NCBI GenBank assembly: GCA_000965745.1
Contig: CP009479.1
Location: 1,344,001-1,408,000, forward strand
Direction of reading: 5' to 3'
DNA: 64,000 nucleotides
Source: an uncultured archaeon
GTDB lineage: Archaea > Thermoplasmatota > Thermoplasmata > Thermoplasmatales > Thermoplasmataceae
Position numbers and translations under genes: made by a program. The notes beneath the pieces are model-generated. The model was not told where the DNA came from and made no database searches. It saw only the letters and a program-made list of their open reading frames with translations. This document shows, piece after piece, positions 20,320 through 31,237 of the stretch; positions within the stretch are counted from its first letter, which is position 1, and every line of letters starts with the position of its first letter.

Positions 20320-21477
20320 ATGAAGGTAACAATATCCCATATAAAAGCAGATATAGGAAGCCTTCCGGGTCACACTACCGTTCACCTGGATGTTCTTAAC
20401 GAAGTAAAAAATTACGTTGAAAAAAATGGAAAAGGAATCCTAAGCGACCATTACATAACCTTTGTCGGTGACGATATACAGATCACTATGATTCATGACA
20501 AGGGCATAGACAGTCCCGAAGTTCATGAACTTGCCTGGAACGCATTCAAGGCAGGAACAGCAGTAGCAAAGAAACTAGGGCTTTATGGAGCTGGCCAGGA
20601 TCTATTGAAAGATTCATTCTCTGGTAATGTGAAGGGGATGGGACCTGGTGTGGCAGAAATGGAGATTACCCCTAGAAAGTCGGAACCTTTCATAATCTAT
20701 ATGATGGACAAGACAGAACCGGGTGCATTCAACTATCCTATATACAAGATGTTTGCAGATCCATTCAACACCCCCGGGCTTGTAATCGATCAGAACATGA
20801 ACAGTGGCTTCATATTCGAAATCTGGGACATTATAGAAGGCAAGAAGATTTTCCTTGAAGCGCCTCAGAAGAGTTATGATATACTCGCAATGATTGGTTC
20901 CAAGAGCAAATATGTCGTGAAGCGGGTCATAACCAAGGAAGACCATGAAAAACTTCCAGACGAGAATGTAGCTGTAATCTCTACAGATAAACTTTCATTC
21001 ATAGCCGGAGAGTATGTCGGCAAGGATGATCCAGCAGGTATTGTAAGGATACAGTCTGGCCTTCCTGCATCTGGCGAAGCGCTTGAGGCATTTTCGCACC
21101 CGTATCTGGTTTCCGGTTGGATGAGGGGATCACACAACGGTCCGTTGATGCCAGTGGGCCAGAAGGATGCAAAGATGACAAGATTCGATGGGCCGCCTAG
21201 AGTAGTTGCCCTGGGTTTTGTAGTTAAAGATGGAAAACTTTCAGGCCCAGTGGACATGTTTGACGACACGGCATTTGACGGGGCAAGGCAAAAGGCTGTC
21301 GAAATGACAGACTATCTAAGAAGAATGGGTCCATTCGAGCCACACCGGCTTCCTGAGGAAGATATGGAATATACGTCTCTTCCAAGAGTCCTCGAGAAGC
21401 ACAAGTCACATTTTGAGCCTATTGAAAACGCCCAGAAAAAGAAGGAGATCAGAGTCGGCACAAAGGATGTCGACTAA
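20320..21477 (+). CDS. fbp: Fructose-1,6-bisphosphate aldolase/phosphatase (FBPase class V)
   Basis: KADIG, GAGQDLL, YVGKDDP, GWMRGSH. Confidence 0.95.
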   Translation: MKVTISHIKADIGSLPGHTTVHLDVLNEVKNYVEKNGKGILSDHYITFVGDDIQITMIHDKGIDSPEVHELAWNAFKAGTAVAKKLGLYGAGQDLLKDSFSGNVKGMGPGVAEMEITPRKSEPFIIYMMDKTEPGAFNYPIYKMFADPFNTPGLVIDQNMNSGFIFEIWDIIEGKKIFLEAPQKSYDILAMIGSKSKYVVKRVITKEDHEKLPDENVAVISTDKLSFIAGEYVGKDDPAGIVRIQSGLPASGEALEAFSHPYLVSGWMRGSHNGPLMPVGQKDAKMTRFDGPPRVVALGFVVKDGKLSGPVDMFDDTAFDGARQKAVEMTDYLRRMGPFEPHRLPEEDMEYTSLPRVLEKHKSHFEPIENAQKKKEIRVGTKDVD

Positions 21478-21484
21478 TCCGTTT

Positions 21485-23488
21485 TTATTTTGTCTCTATT
21501 TTTTCCTTGACATAATCCCTGACATCATAGAAGTAGATGTTATCGTACGGGCATGCCTGGAGGCATGACCCGGACCCCACGCATTTTGAGCTCTTGAAGT
21601 ACCCCTGTTTTATGAACTGTGAAGCAAGGTCGCCCAGACCAACCTCACAGTTCGTCACACAATCCTTAGTGGGGCATGTGACGCATGTCTGTGGACTCCT
21701 GACCTTGAGCTTGAACAGCCCTATCCTGCTGAAGAAACCCACGAACGTGCCCGTGGAACACCACCCATAACGCCTGCACGGGCTCATTCCGACGAAGGGG
21801 ATGGAAACAAAGAATATGTACCAGAGGAAGTTCCACACAAATGTGGTGTAGAATCCTGCTGTATCTATGCCAAATATGGTCAGCCCCGGAATGGATGTAA
21901 CAGAATAATATGAAATAACAGAGAACAGTATCGCAATGATCCATGAATTGTATGCTACCGTGAGCACAGAATCCTTGTACCTGCTTCCAATGTGTTTCCT
22001 GCTGAACTTGGACTCATAATTGTACGATATCATGCTCTGCCCGAGAGTGCCCCCGTACATCACTGCAGAAGGGCACAATGTGCTGCAGTAGCTTCTCCTC
22101 CCGAAAAGGAGCGCCAGGACCGCGAATATCACGTAGCTGAATACTATTCCAAAAACAAGGATGGGCAGAAAAGGCCCAAGCTCTCCTATGTTGGGCCAGA
22201 GTGGAAGCTTATAGGCCGACGATCCAAATAGGAATGTCCACCAGTCGCTCTGGAACCAGACAGTCCAGCCCCAGTATGCTGACAAGGCAAGGATTAGATT
22301 CCATTTCTTCTCCTTCCATTGGACATTCATCATCCTTATCACAACAAGTGTGCTCATCTCTAACCCCATTATGGTCCAGAACCATGGTGTGTCAGCAACT
22401 GCGCCTATGAAGTATGGGATTTCAACCAACATAGAAAGTGGAGAAAATTCGTTTACTCCTCCAAGATAATTGGAGAATGAAACCAGGTTTCCAAGTCCAC
22501 CCGGTTTGGCGGGAACGTAGAAATGGAACACTATGGCTGCAGAAAGGAACCATTCTGATATAAGGGAAGCCGATAAAATCCAAAAAAGAAATTTCTTGTT
22601 CTTGCCCCAACCTAATCTTTTTTCCCTCTCTTTTGTATCATTCAGGGAGCTCTTGAAATAAAACGCCATCCCCGCAACCATCGAGGCTGCAAAAAAGGAC
22701 CAGCTCAACCCGAATGGCCTTACAAACACCGTTCCTAGGAAAATTCCCAAAGTCATAAGGACAAAAATCAGGAAAAGATAGCTCAAATCACTCATTTCAC
22801 GGTTTGTGAGTGTCAATTTTCCCCGGGCAACCATTTCGAAAAGAATGGTCATAAATATTATCATGGCAGCAGCCTCAGTGAACAGCCCAGGCCCCACAAA
22901 TGAAGTATTCCCTGCAAGTACCGGGGAAAGAACCGCCATTGCCAGAAGTGAGAGTAGGATATTGCGGTGACTGCTTCTTGGCTTCACGGTAATGAGAAAA
23001 ACAGCCATCTCCACAGCCATCGGAATGATAAAGAGATACCCATTGATCCCAAGACTCATGAAATTTAAGAAGTCAAGGCCCAGATTACCACTCGGATATT
23101 GCATTCCGAATGCAAGGTAATAGACCAGGATGCCCATTGAAATTTCATTCCACAGAAGCAAGAGGATGAAGGTATTTTTTGCTTTTTGATTGAAAAGAAA
23201 GCTTTTCTTGGAGATTGCGAACCAGAATATGAGTATGATGGCAGCGGACATGGAAAGCATGGAAAAATTTACTGCGACAATTGTGTTCAGAAAAGTCCTT
23301 GCAGTGGCTACGTAATACGTTATTGAATTCAACATGCTCGCCATCATCACGAGCAATACAGTTACGAGTGCCCAGCTCTTGAAGTTGAATTTATCCCTGT
23401 TTCCGTGTGTGTATATTATAATGTATGAGATGAAAAGAGTCATCACAATCTCTATCACGGCAACAAAAGCTAGATCTCTCATCCACAC
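21485..23488 (-). CDS. Polytopic membrane protein with C-terminal 4Fe-4S ferredoxin domain (NapH/CcoG/FoxG-like)
   Basis: Many TM segments; YCSTLCP, CVTCPTKDCVTNC, KCVGSGSCLQACP. Confidence 0.8.
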   Translation of the reverse strand: MWMRDLAFVAVIEIVMTLFISYIIIYTHGNRDKFNFKSWALVTVLLVMMASMLNSITYYVATARTFLNTIVAVNFSMLSMSAAIILIFWFAISKKSFLFNQKAKNTFILLLLWNEISMGILVYYLAFGMQYPSGNLGLDFLNFMSLGINGYLFIIPMAVEMAVFLITVKPRSSHRNILLSLLAMAVLSPVLAGNTSFVGPGLFTEAAAMIIFMTILFEMVARGKLTLTNREMSDLSYLFLIFVLMTLGIFLGTVFVRPFGLSWSFFAASMVAGMAFYFKSSLNDTKEREKRLGWGKNKKFLFWILSASLISEWFLSAAIVFHFYVPAKPGGLGNLVSFSNYLGGVNEFSPLSMLVEIPYFIGAVADTPWFWTIMGLEMSTLVVIRMMNVQWKEKKWNLILALSAYWGWTVWFQSDWWTFLFGSSAYKLPLWPNIGELGPFLPILVFGIVFSYVIFAVLALLFGRRSYCSTLCPSAVMYGGTLGQSMISYNYESKFSRKHIGSRYKDSVLTVAYNSWIIAILFSVISYYSVTSIPGLTIFGIDTAGFYTTFVWNFLWYIFFVSIPFVGMSPCRRYGWCSTGTFVGFFSRIGLFKLKVRSPQTCVTCPTKDCVTNCEVGLGDLASQFIKQGYFKSSKCVGSGSCLQACPYDNIYFYDVRDYVKEKIETK

Positions 23489-23688
23489 GCTGATTTCAAA
23501 TTAATTAATAAGTATCACGCAAAGTTAGCAAAACCGACTTTCGAACTAAATACATAGTTTTGTGCAGTCCTGCGCTCATGTCCAGCAAAATAGTTATTTA
23601 AAATATTTATAGAGTAGGGCAACTCGGTGTTTTATAGCCTATTTTATCCCGAGAAAACTTAAATAAGTTATAACGATCGGACGGTTAT

Positions 23689-23937
23689 ATGCATACAGGC
23701 ACAAAAATTATGACGATTTTCGGAGCTATATCCACCATCGTCGGTTTTATTTCTTTCTATGTCTTGTCATATGCATTTTCCCGCTTTTTCGTAGGGGAAC
23801 CTGGACAGATTACTGCTGAGAACGCGACTTATTTTGTTGCAACAGGCATAGCAGTTGGTTTCTTCACGATAGCCATGGTGATTTACCCTATATACAAGCA
23901 TGGCGACCGCTCGCATGAATGGGAGGACTATAGATGA
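23689..23937 (+). CDS. Small 2-TM protein, probable oxidase accessory subunit
   Basis: First gene of the oxidase cluster; two hydrophobic helices. Confidence 0.65.
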   Translation: MHTGTKIMTIFGAISTIVGFISFYVLSYAFSRFFVGEPGQITAENATYFVATGIAVGFFTIAMVIYPIYKHGDRSHEWEDYR

Positions 23938-23963
23938 AAGGTATGACAAGGGGGTTATTATAA

Positions 23964-24410
23964 GTGGAAAAGAAAACGAAGATAGAAGCAATATTCATGC
24001 TTCTGATCATAGTGATTCTTGGGATATTTGCAGCGCAGCAAGCTTATGTTTCAGCTCATGAAATCCCTAATTCAATCGCGACACAATATAAGGGAAATGA
24101 GTCTGGTGCAACGCAGATACATGTTATAGGTGCGCAATGGAGCTGGACCTTCATATACGCAAACGGGACAAAAAGCGTGGACAATCTGACACTGCAAGCA
24201 AACACTACGTATCAGCTAGTAGTCACTTCTCAAGATGTTATACACGACCTCTATATAGGTCACATTGGCGTACAGATTTACGCTGTCCCTGGGCAGACCA
24301 ACACGTTGACATTCACAACCCCAAATCACCCGGGCCAGTATTTCTTTGAATGTGTAGAGTACTGCGGAAAAGATCATTACCTTATGAGGGGAATAATGAC
24401 GGTGACCTGA
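23964..24410 (+). CDS. coxB: Heme-copper oxidase subunit II (CuA)
   Basis: QWSW, DVIH, CVEYCGKDHYLM. Confidence 0.93.
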   Translation: MEKKTKIEAIFMLLIIVILGIFAAQQAYVSAHEIPNSIATQYKGNESGATQIHVIGAQWSWTFIYANGTKSVDNLTLQANTTYQLVVTSQDVIHDLYIGHIGVQIYAVPGQTNTLTFTTPNHPGQYFFECVEYCGKDHYLMRGIMTVT

Positions 24411-24411
24411 A

Positions 24412-26100
24412 ATGAGCACACTATCAATACTGATTGAAACAACAGTAATATTATCGGTTGTTTTCGTTGTTCTGGCTTATTTATATTATAAGCTGAGTAC
24501 TGCCAAAATGAGTCTCTCAAAGGCTGCAGATGCCAAGGGTTACGAGGACTCTGAATCTTACGTTACAGACATGATGGCAGGCAAACCGAGAAGACTCGAC
24601 TGGTCAATTTTATACATGAATGATTCCAAGAGCATTGGGCTCAGGTTCATATTTGCCTCTCTGATTTTCCTCTTTATAGGGGGTGCTTTTGGCGTCATGA
24701 TGAGGCTCAGTCTTACTGAACCAGTGCCTACCATCATACAGCCTGAAGTGTACAATGTTCTATTGACTGAGCACGCTACAATAATGATCTACCTGTTCAC
24801 GGTAGGAATGTCGCTGGGATTAGGGTTCTATCTTATCCCAACACAGATAAAAGCAGTCAGGGACAATATGGGAAATATCACTTCCGTAGCATTCTGGCTG
24901 TACCTTGTGGGTGGCATATTCTTCGTTATCTCAAGATCTGCATTCAGGTGGTACCTTTATCCTCCACTTTCGCTTCAACTTGCCCCATACGGTGCAGGAT
25001 CGGATGCCTGGTTGGGCATTCTTGCTATGGAGTTGATATTCATCGGAATATCGATGGCTAGCATAGTGGCGTTGAAAATAATCTTCCTTGACAGGTCCAA
25101 GGAAGTTCCTCTGAGCAGGTTGCCGCTTTTCACCTGGTCGATCGTGTTCACTCTCATAATGCTTATATCTTCTGACCCGCCAATAATGGTAGCTCTCGGA
25201 ATGCTGTTCTATGACTATTTCAACCCGGTCTTCTTTACGGCTGGCTCGCACAACGTTTTGCTATTCACAGACCTGTTCTGGTTCTGGGGGCATCCCATCG
25301 TGTATATAGCCATACTTCCCTTCTTCGGGATAATCTACGAACTTCTTCCAAGGTTCTCCGGGACGAAGATATACAGTTACAATTCCGGAGTGTTTGGCCT
25401 GGGCCTTCTTATGGTTCTCAGTGAACTCGTATGGGGGCACCATTTACAGAATTCCGGGCTTGGCCTCAACTGGGACCTCTTCTTCTCAATAGCATCCTTT
25501 GCTGTTGTAATACCCTCTGCAATAACTGTGTTTAACTGGATAGCAACACTTTGGACTGCTACTAGTATCCGCCTTACGACACCAATGATACTCGTTCTTA
25601 ACGGTATAATAGATTTCATAATCGGCGGTATAACCGGAGTTATGCTTGCCAACACCAGCGTCAACGAGATTCTACATGGAACATACGCAGTTACTAGCCA
25701 CTTCCATTATGTGTTTGTTGGAATCTCTTTAGGTATTACTCTGGCAGCATTCTACGTTCTATTCCCGACATTTTCTGGAGGAAGAACATACGATGAAAGA
25801 CTGGCAAGATGGAACGCATATCTTGTTGCATTCGGGTCTCTGTTAATGTCAACCTCCTGGGCAATAGGCGGATGGCTTGGCATGCCAAGGGCAGTGGATG
25901 GTTATTTTGCATGGTTTCAGCCATACCAGGTCGGAGCAATCATCGGCGGAGTAATTATTGGAATAGGGATGCTGGTATTCCTTTACAACATAGCAGTAAG
26001 CTGGTGGAAGGCCCCGTCTACTGACATGGACAACATAATAGAAAACCCGCCGGAAATCCCATCAGACACTTCCGGTGGGGCTATCGGAGGAGGAAGATAA
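24412..26100 (+). CDS. coxA: Heme-copper oxidase subunit I
   Basis: WGHPIVY, WGHH, HFH and helix II His. Confidence 0.95.
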   Translation: MSTLSILIETTVILSVVFVVLAYLYYKLSTAKMSLSKAADAKGYEDSESYVTDMMAGKPRRLDWSILYMNDSKSIGLRFIFASLIFLFIGGAFGVMMRLSLTEPVPTIIQPEVYNVLLTEHATIMIYLFTVGMSLGLGFYLIPTQIKAVRDNMGNITSVAFWLYLVGGIFFVISRSAFRWYLYPPLSLQLAPYGAGSDAWLGILAMELIFIGISMASIVALKIIFLDRSKEVPLSRLPLFTWSIVFTLIMLISSDPPIMVALGMLFYDYFNPVFFTAGSHNVLLFTDLFWFWGHPIVYIAILPFFGIIYELLPRFSGTKIYSYNSGVFGLGLLMVLSELVWGHHLQNSGLGLNWDLFFSIASFAVVIPSAITVFNWIATLWTATSIRLTTPMILVLNGIIDFIIGGITGVMLANTSVNEILHGTYAVTSHFHYVFVGISLGITLAAFYVLFPTFSGGRTYDERLARWNAYLVAFGSLLMSTSWAIGGWLGMPRAVDGYFAWFQPYQVGAIIGGVIIGIGMLVFLYNIAVSWWKAPSTDMDNIIENPPEIPSDTSGGAIGGGR

Positions 26101-26101
26101 T

Positions 26102-26713
26102 ATGGAAGGAAACAAAGCAGGTGTGGGCGTTGTAATAATAATTGCCATTGTGGTAGCATTAAGCTTCTCTTATGTGCTTACAACTCCTACCGGATCACAG
26201 AAACAGACAATACCTTCAAACCCGGCTTATACAAACACTACATATCTATGGGCCGATGCAGCGGGCTGGAATTTCAACCATGGCGTTGTAAACCCAACAT
26301 TGAACTACACAGTCGGTACAGTTGTTACATTCAAGGTCACTGAAGCAGATACTGCTCCGCATACTCTCACGATAAACCCCGGAGGGTCTGTGTCGAATCC
26401 AATCAGTGGAGAGAGCAGGAGTGGGGCATACACCGTCCTGTCAATAGCTCAGATAACGCAAACAAAGGGACATCAGTCACAGGGCCAATTTTACTTCAGC
26501 AAACCGGGAGTCTACACCTATTGGTGCACGGTTCACCCGACAACAATGGTTGGTTTGATCTATGTCAACTCAACCTCTGGTTCTTCATCAGCAACAGTGG
26601 CTCCTCAATCAGTCCTTTCAGGACCGTCAAACATTAATCCTAATCTGCAATACAGTTCGTACTTGGATATGTACACCATATCTGGTACAGCTGGTGGAAC
26701 GTTTGAACTTTAA
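26102..26713 (+). CDS. Membrane-anchored cupredoxin (blue copper protein)
   Basis: N-terminal TM; APH and YWCTVHPTTM type-1 Cu ligands; SD GGAGGAGG upstream. Confidence 0.85.
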   Translation: MEGNKAGVGVVIIIAIVVALSFSYVLTTPTGSQKQTIPSNPAYTNTTYLWADAAGWNFNHGVVNPTLNYTVGTVVTFKVTEADTAPHTLTINPGGSVSNPISGESRSGAYTVLSIAQITQTKGHQSQGQFYFSKPGVYTYWCTVHPTTMVGLIYVNSTSGSSSATVAPQSVLSGPSNINPNLQYSSYLDMYTISGTAGGTFEL

Positions 26714-27569
26714 GCAATTTTCAAAGCTTTCAAAACTGGAAATCACGATGCTGATAGACATCGTGGCAATAGCTGCGTTTCTATCAGTACCAGATTCTTT
26801 TGGAAGAATTTTATTTATAATTCCACTTATCGTTTCCGGCACGCTCGCTTCCATGTCTGCGTCAATTATCAATAATGCATATGACACAGACATCGACACA
26901 GAAATGAAGAGAACCAGCTACAGAAACGAGATTATCAACCCCGATAATCGCGCATTTTATGCCGGCATTGCAACAGTTATGCTGGGAATTTCCATGGCTG
27001 TTTCCTACTACTTCCTTAATCTCCTGACCATGCTATTCATACTGGGGGGATTCCTCAGCTATGTATTCCTCTACACAATATTCCTGAAGAGAAGGACCAC
27101 CTGGAACATAGTGATAGGTGGAATAGCAGGAAGTTTTCCAGCCCTTGCCGGCTGGGCGGCATTGATGAATGACGTATCTCCTACATCTCTCTTCATAGCA
27201 TTCCTTGTATTCCTTTGGACACCAACACACTTCTGGAGTCTCGCTACCGGAAACCTGGATGACTACAGAAACGCAAATGTGCCAATGCTGCCAGCCGTTG
27301 TAGGGATCAAGAAAGGTGGTTTCTGGATCCTGGCAAACACAGTAGTTCTCGTAGCGTATTCGATAATACCGTTCGTTATCCCATCAATTGTAGTAGTGGG
27401 AATCCCATACTATTTCATTGCCGCAATAATGGACGTGATGATGATCTACTATGTTGCAAAACCTTATTTCGGGAACTCTGGAAAAGGCTACAGGGCGGCA
27501 TTCCATTTTTCCAATATGTATCTGCTGCTCATTCTTGTATCAATATGGTTTGCACACGTCACAGTCTGA
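26703..27569 (+). CDS. cyoE: Protoheme IX farnesyltransferase (heme O synthase)
   Basis: DTDIDTEMKRT, LKRRT, WTPTHFWSL; start codon uncertain. Confidence 0.92.
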   Translation: MNFKQFSKLSKLEITMLIDIVAIAAFLSVPDSFGRILFIIPLIVSGTLASMSASIINNAYDTDIDTEMKRTSYRNEIINPDNRAFYAGIATVMLGISMAVSYYFLNLLTMLFILGGFLSYVFLYTIFLKRRTTWNIVIGGIAGSFPALAGWAALMNDVSPTSLFIAFLVFLWTPTHFWSLATGNLDDYRNANVPMLPAVVGIKKGGFWILANTVVLVAYSIIPFVIPSIVVVGIPYYFIAAIMDVMMIYYVAKPYFGNSGKGYRAAFHFSNMYLLLILVSIWFAHVTV

Positions 27570-27627
27570 ACTTCGATCAGCCACGTATTGGTGAGGCGCA
27601 AGGTGTGAAAACTCAATTGGGGAGAGC

Positions 27628-28263
27628 ATGTCCAAGATGATTTCAAAGAAACTTAGATTCACATTTTTTATTTTGCTCGAACTGGTTCTGTTCGCACTTT
27701 TCTACATAAATCTCTACCTTACGGACTCATCATTGCCTTTCTATCTCTACGTAGGCCTGTTTCCGCCTATTCTTTTCTTTCTTGTATACATAAGCGAGAG
27801 TTCAAGGAAAGAACTCAAAAAACTGCTTCTTTCAAAGGACATGATAGTACTGTTCGCTGTGATTTCGGTATGGATCTACATCTATGCCCTGGACAAACTG
27901 TCAATTCCCTATATATTCTCGACCCTCTATTTTCCGGTGTTAATCGAGGAGTTGAATTTCAGGTATCTCATAACCAGTTATCTCTCGGAAGTCATGAGTC
28001 TTCCAAGGGCAATAGTGGTTCAGGCCTTTCTATACACCTTGCTCTATGCAAGCTACATAATCGTCCTTCCCGGCTCGTATCCAGGGATATACGCCCCTCT
28101 GTTCATAATAGATATGCTTTCTGTGGGTTTGATTTACGGAGCAGTCTACTACATCAGGAGAAACCTGTATATCGATATATCGTTCCATCTTAGCCTTTGG
28201 CTTATGGCTGCGGTCATCCCGTTTTTACTGGTATGGATACCTTATACATTTGCCCCTACTTAG
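27628..28263 (+). CDS. CPBP (CAAX protease/Abi) family membrane protein
   Basis: EELNFR motif and C-terminal His. Confidence 0.7.
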   Translation: MSKMISKKLRFTFFILLELVLFALFYINLYLTDSSLPFYLYVGLFPPILFFLVYISESSRKELKKLLLSKDMIVLFAVISVWIYIYALDKLSIPYIFSTLYFPVLIEELNFRYLITSYLSEVMSLPRAIVVQAFLYTLLYASYIIVLPGSYPGIYAPLFIIDMLSVGLIYGAVYYIRRNLYIDISFHLSLWLMAAVIPFLLVWIPYTFAPT

Positions 28264-28270
28264 TGTGTAT

Positions 28271-28669
28271 CTAAGAAATGAGTTTCCTGAATTCTTCTGG
28301 GACCTTCATTTTCTTGCCGGAGCCATCCAGGAGGACTCCAACAGTGTTTCCCTCTGCAAAAGGGAATCTCGGGGCGTCCAGGTCCTCCAACATGTGTGAA
28401 AAAGTGAAGCTAGTTGTGCCAACCCCTGTAATTTTTGTCACGATCTCAACTCTGCTGTTCAGGTAGATTGGTTTTTTGTAATCCACCTCCGAGTGAACTA
28501 TGACAAATCCTGCATTGCTGGGGTCAAAGTTCCCAAAAAATCTGGTTATGTAGTCAACTCTCCCCATCTCGAAATAAGTAAGGTGGATCGCATTATTTAC
28601 GTGGCCAACACTATCTAAGTCTTTGAATCTTATCTGCAAACTGATTCTCGATACACTTTCACTCATCAT
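28271..28669 (-). CDS. Acyl-CoA thioesterase (hotdog fold)
   Basis: DLDSVGHVNN. Confidence 0.9.
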   Translation of the reverse strand: MMSESVSRISLQIRFKDLDSVGHVNNAIHLTYFEMGRVDYITRFFGNFDPSNAGFVIVHSEVDYKKPIYLNSRVEIVTKITGVGTTSFTFSHMLEDLDAPRFPFAEGNTVGVLLDGSGKKMKVPEEFRKLIS

Positions 28670-29270
28670 AGAGGAATTTCTTTATTAGACTAAAAAATTG
28701 CGAGGTCTTTTTCAGGTAATGGACATGATCGGCACCCTTGATAATGTGAAGATCAGATCCTGCTATCAGATCATGATATCTTCTGCCAAACGATAATTCT
28801 ATAGTACTATCTTCTGATCCCCATATTATGTGCACTTGACCATCTATTCTGTAGAGATCGCCTCTCAAAGCTTCAAAACCGGCTGGCGCTATTACAATTA
28901 TTTCCTTCACAAGACCGGGGAAGTCGATAATGGATCTTATGGCGATTGCACCCCCCATTGAAGGCCCAATAATTATGACCCTGTTGATTGCCAGCTTCTC
29001 GCAGAAATCCTTTACAAAAAGTGACGATGGGGAGTAGTCAGCACTGCTGAAAATGTATTTCTCATTCTCTTCTGAGAGCCCGAAACCCGGGAAATCAACC
29101 GCATAGGTGTTGTAGCCCCACTGGTGAATTTTTCTAAGGGCATCTATCTCTGCCCAGTTCCTGGAAGTGAATCTCATGCCATGAAGCAGAAGGACATTCT
29201 CTCGGGCCTCCCCGACTTCATGCCTGTAAAACACCCTCTTTCCACCAAGCTCGATATACTTCTCTTCCAT
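28659..29270 (-). CDS. Alpha/beta hydrolase
   Basis: LLHG, DFPGFG, GPSMGG, WGSED. Confidence 0.9.
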   Translation of the reverse strand: MEEKYIELGGKRVFYRHEVGEARENVLLLHGMRFTSRNWAEIDALRKIHQWGYNTYAVDFPGFGLSEENEKYIFSSADYSPSSLFVKDFCEKLAINRVIIIGPSMGGAIAIRSIIDFPGLVKEIIVIAPAGFEALRGDLYRIDGQVHIIWGSEDSTIELSFGRRYHDLIAGSDLHIIKGADHVHYLKKTSQFFSLIKKFLYDE

Positions 29271-29399
29271 GATGACAGAAGGATAAGACGGTCCATGATT
29301 AGAATACTTCTATTGATCTTGAAATGGGACATAACAGGGAAGAAGGGGAGTGGAAAAATTTGCAAAGAGTTAGTAATAAGGAAGCATTGAGGTTACAGA

Positions 29400-31232
29400 A
29401 TGCATCTTAAGCAATCCTCACTTGATTTCTACGCCTTTACCAACTATTACAGGGAGAAACTGGTAAACTCATTCATCAAGAAGATATACCAGATCGGTCC
29501 CAGTGAGTATCTATTTCAACTCTACAGATCGGATACCAAAAAAGTGCATCTCTTCATCTCGCTGACAAAAGGGATCATGTTTCATGAGGCAGAAAGGCCC
29601 GGTGAAGCTTCTCCTCTTGCCTTGAGCCTCAGAAGGATGCTGTCTGAAAGGAGAATCACTGGAATAGAGCAGATAAACTTTGACAGGGTCGTCAAGATCA
29701 CCCTTCACACAGGGCAGGAACTTATTCTGGAATTATTCAGGGAAGGCAACCTTATCATAACAAACAACGGCCTAATCGAATACGCATTCAATCAGAGGGA
29801 ATGGAGAAACAGGAAAATCATACGCGGTGAGCCTTACAAGCCTCCTATGGACACCAACCCACTTGATTTTACAGATGAAGAATTTCTCGAAAAGCTAGGT
29901 AACAGCAAAGCCTCAATCGTCCAGACCCTGGCAACCCGCTTAAGCCTTGGTGGTGAGAACGCAGAGGAGGTGGTCTTCAGGCTTGGGATAGACAAGGACA
30001 CGCCGGCCAAAGAATCAACTCATAGGATGAAGGACCTCAGGAGAATGATAAACGAGCTTCTGCAGGAATCAGTACAGGGAAAGGCCTATCTTTACGAAGA
30101 AGAGAGTGTAATATCGCCGGTTGAACTCAAACACATAAGAACTCCGGCAGACAAGGCCTATGAAGATCTGAGTGACGGATTCTCCCACTATTTACTGGAG
30201 TACGCGGAAGCGGATAAGGAAAAGACCCCAATGGAGAGGAGAATTGACTCACAGAGGAGGGCCATAGGGCAGTTCAAGGAAAAGCAGGAAGAACTTGCCG
30301 CAAAAGGAACAATAGTAATGAGGAATCTCCAGCTGGTCCAGAGTATAATAAAAGAACTCAACAAGAGAATAAAAAATGAAAAACTCGACAGCATAACGAT
30401 AGTTCAGAACCAGAAGGTTGAATCTATAGATCCCGTCAAGAAGATAGCAATAATCGAGATCGAGGGAACTCCAATCGAAGTTGATTACACAAAATCAGCC
30501 GGTGAAAACGGGAATAGGCTTTTCTCCACCTCCAAAGACTTCAGGAACAAGATCTCGGGGGCCCTGACCGCGATCGAAGACACAAAGAAGAACATCATCC
30601 TTGAGCAAGAGAAGCCAAAGAAGAAGAAGAGGATCAAGCAATGGTTCGAGATATACCACTGGTTCTACTCCTCAGAGGGTTTCCTGGTTATTAGCGGCAG
30701 GGATGCCAGGACGAACGAGAAAATTGTGAAGAAGCATCTCAAGGACCACGATCTTTACATGCATGCAGACTTCTACGGCGCGCCAAGTACTATAATAAAG
30801 GTGGAAGGAGAAAGCAAGCCAACTGAAAAAACCCTGCGGGAAGCCGCCTCATTCGCAGTGTCATTCTCCAGGGGCTGGGCTGCAGGAATTGCAAACGGTT
30901 CGGCTTACTGGGTGTATCCCTCTCAAGTCAGCAAGACCCCTGAATCCGGAGAATTCATCGCAACCGGATCATGGGTGATCAGAGGGAAGAGAAACTACGT
31001 TCTGGATGTGCCGCTCTCACTTGAAATAGGGCTCATAGAACTCAAGAATGAAAAAGTTCCGATGATCTGCCCGACTGGAGTTTTTGAAGAGGATAGCACA
31101 AAAATTGTGCGCATACTGCCAGGAGGGGAGAAAAGGCCAGTCGCAGCCAAGCGGATATCAGAAATGCTCGGTGTTCTCCGGGAAGAGATCGAATCCATTC
31201 TGCCTCCAGGGAGTACGCGCATTCTGGAGTAA
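29400..31232 (+). CDS. rqcH: NFACT/Rqc2-family ribosome quality-control protein
   Basis: FDRVV, LELF, GRDARTNE, SKTPESGEF. Confidence 0.9.
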   Translation: MHLKQSSLDFYAFTNYYREKLVNSFIKKIYQIGPSEYLFQLYRSDTKKVHLFISLTKGIMFHEAERPGEASPLALSLRRMLSERRITGIEQINFDRVVKITLHTGQELILELFREGNLIITNNGLIEYAFNQREWRNRKIIRGEPYKPPMDTNPLDFTDEEFLEKLGNSKASIVQTLATRLSLGGENAEEVVFRLGIDKDTPAKESTHRMKDLRRMINELLQESVQGKAYLYEEESVISPVELKHIRTPADKAYEDLSDGFSHYLLEYAEADKEKTPMERRIDSQRRAIGQFKEKQEELAAKGTIVMRNLQLVQSIIKELNKRIKNEKLDSITIVQNQKVESIDPVKKIAIIEIEGTPIEVDYTKSAGENGNRLFSTSKDFRNKISGALTAIEDTKKNIILEQEKPKKKKRIKQWFEIYHWFYSSEGFLVISGRDARTNEKIVKKHLKDHDLYMHADFYGAPSTIIKVEGESKPTEKTLREAASFAVSFSRGWAAGIANGSAYWVYPSQVSKTPESGEFIATGSWVIRGKRNYVLDVPLSLEIGLIELKNEKVPMICPTGVFEEDSTKIVRILPGGEKRPVAAKRISEMLGVLREEIESILPPGSTRILE

Positions 31233-31237
31233 AGCCT

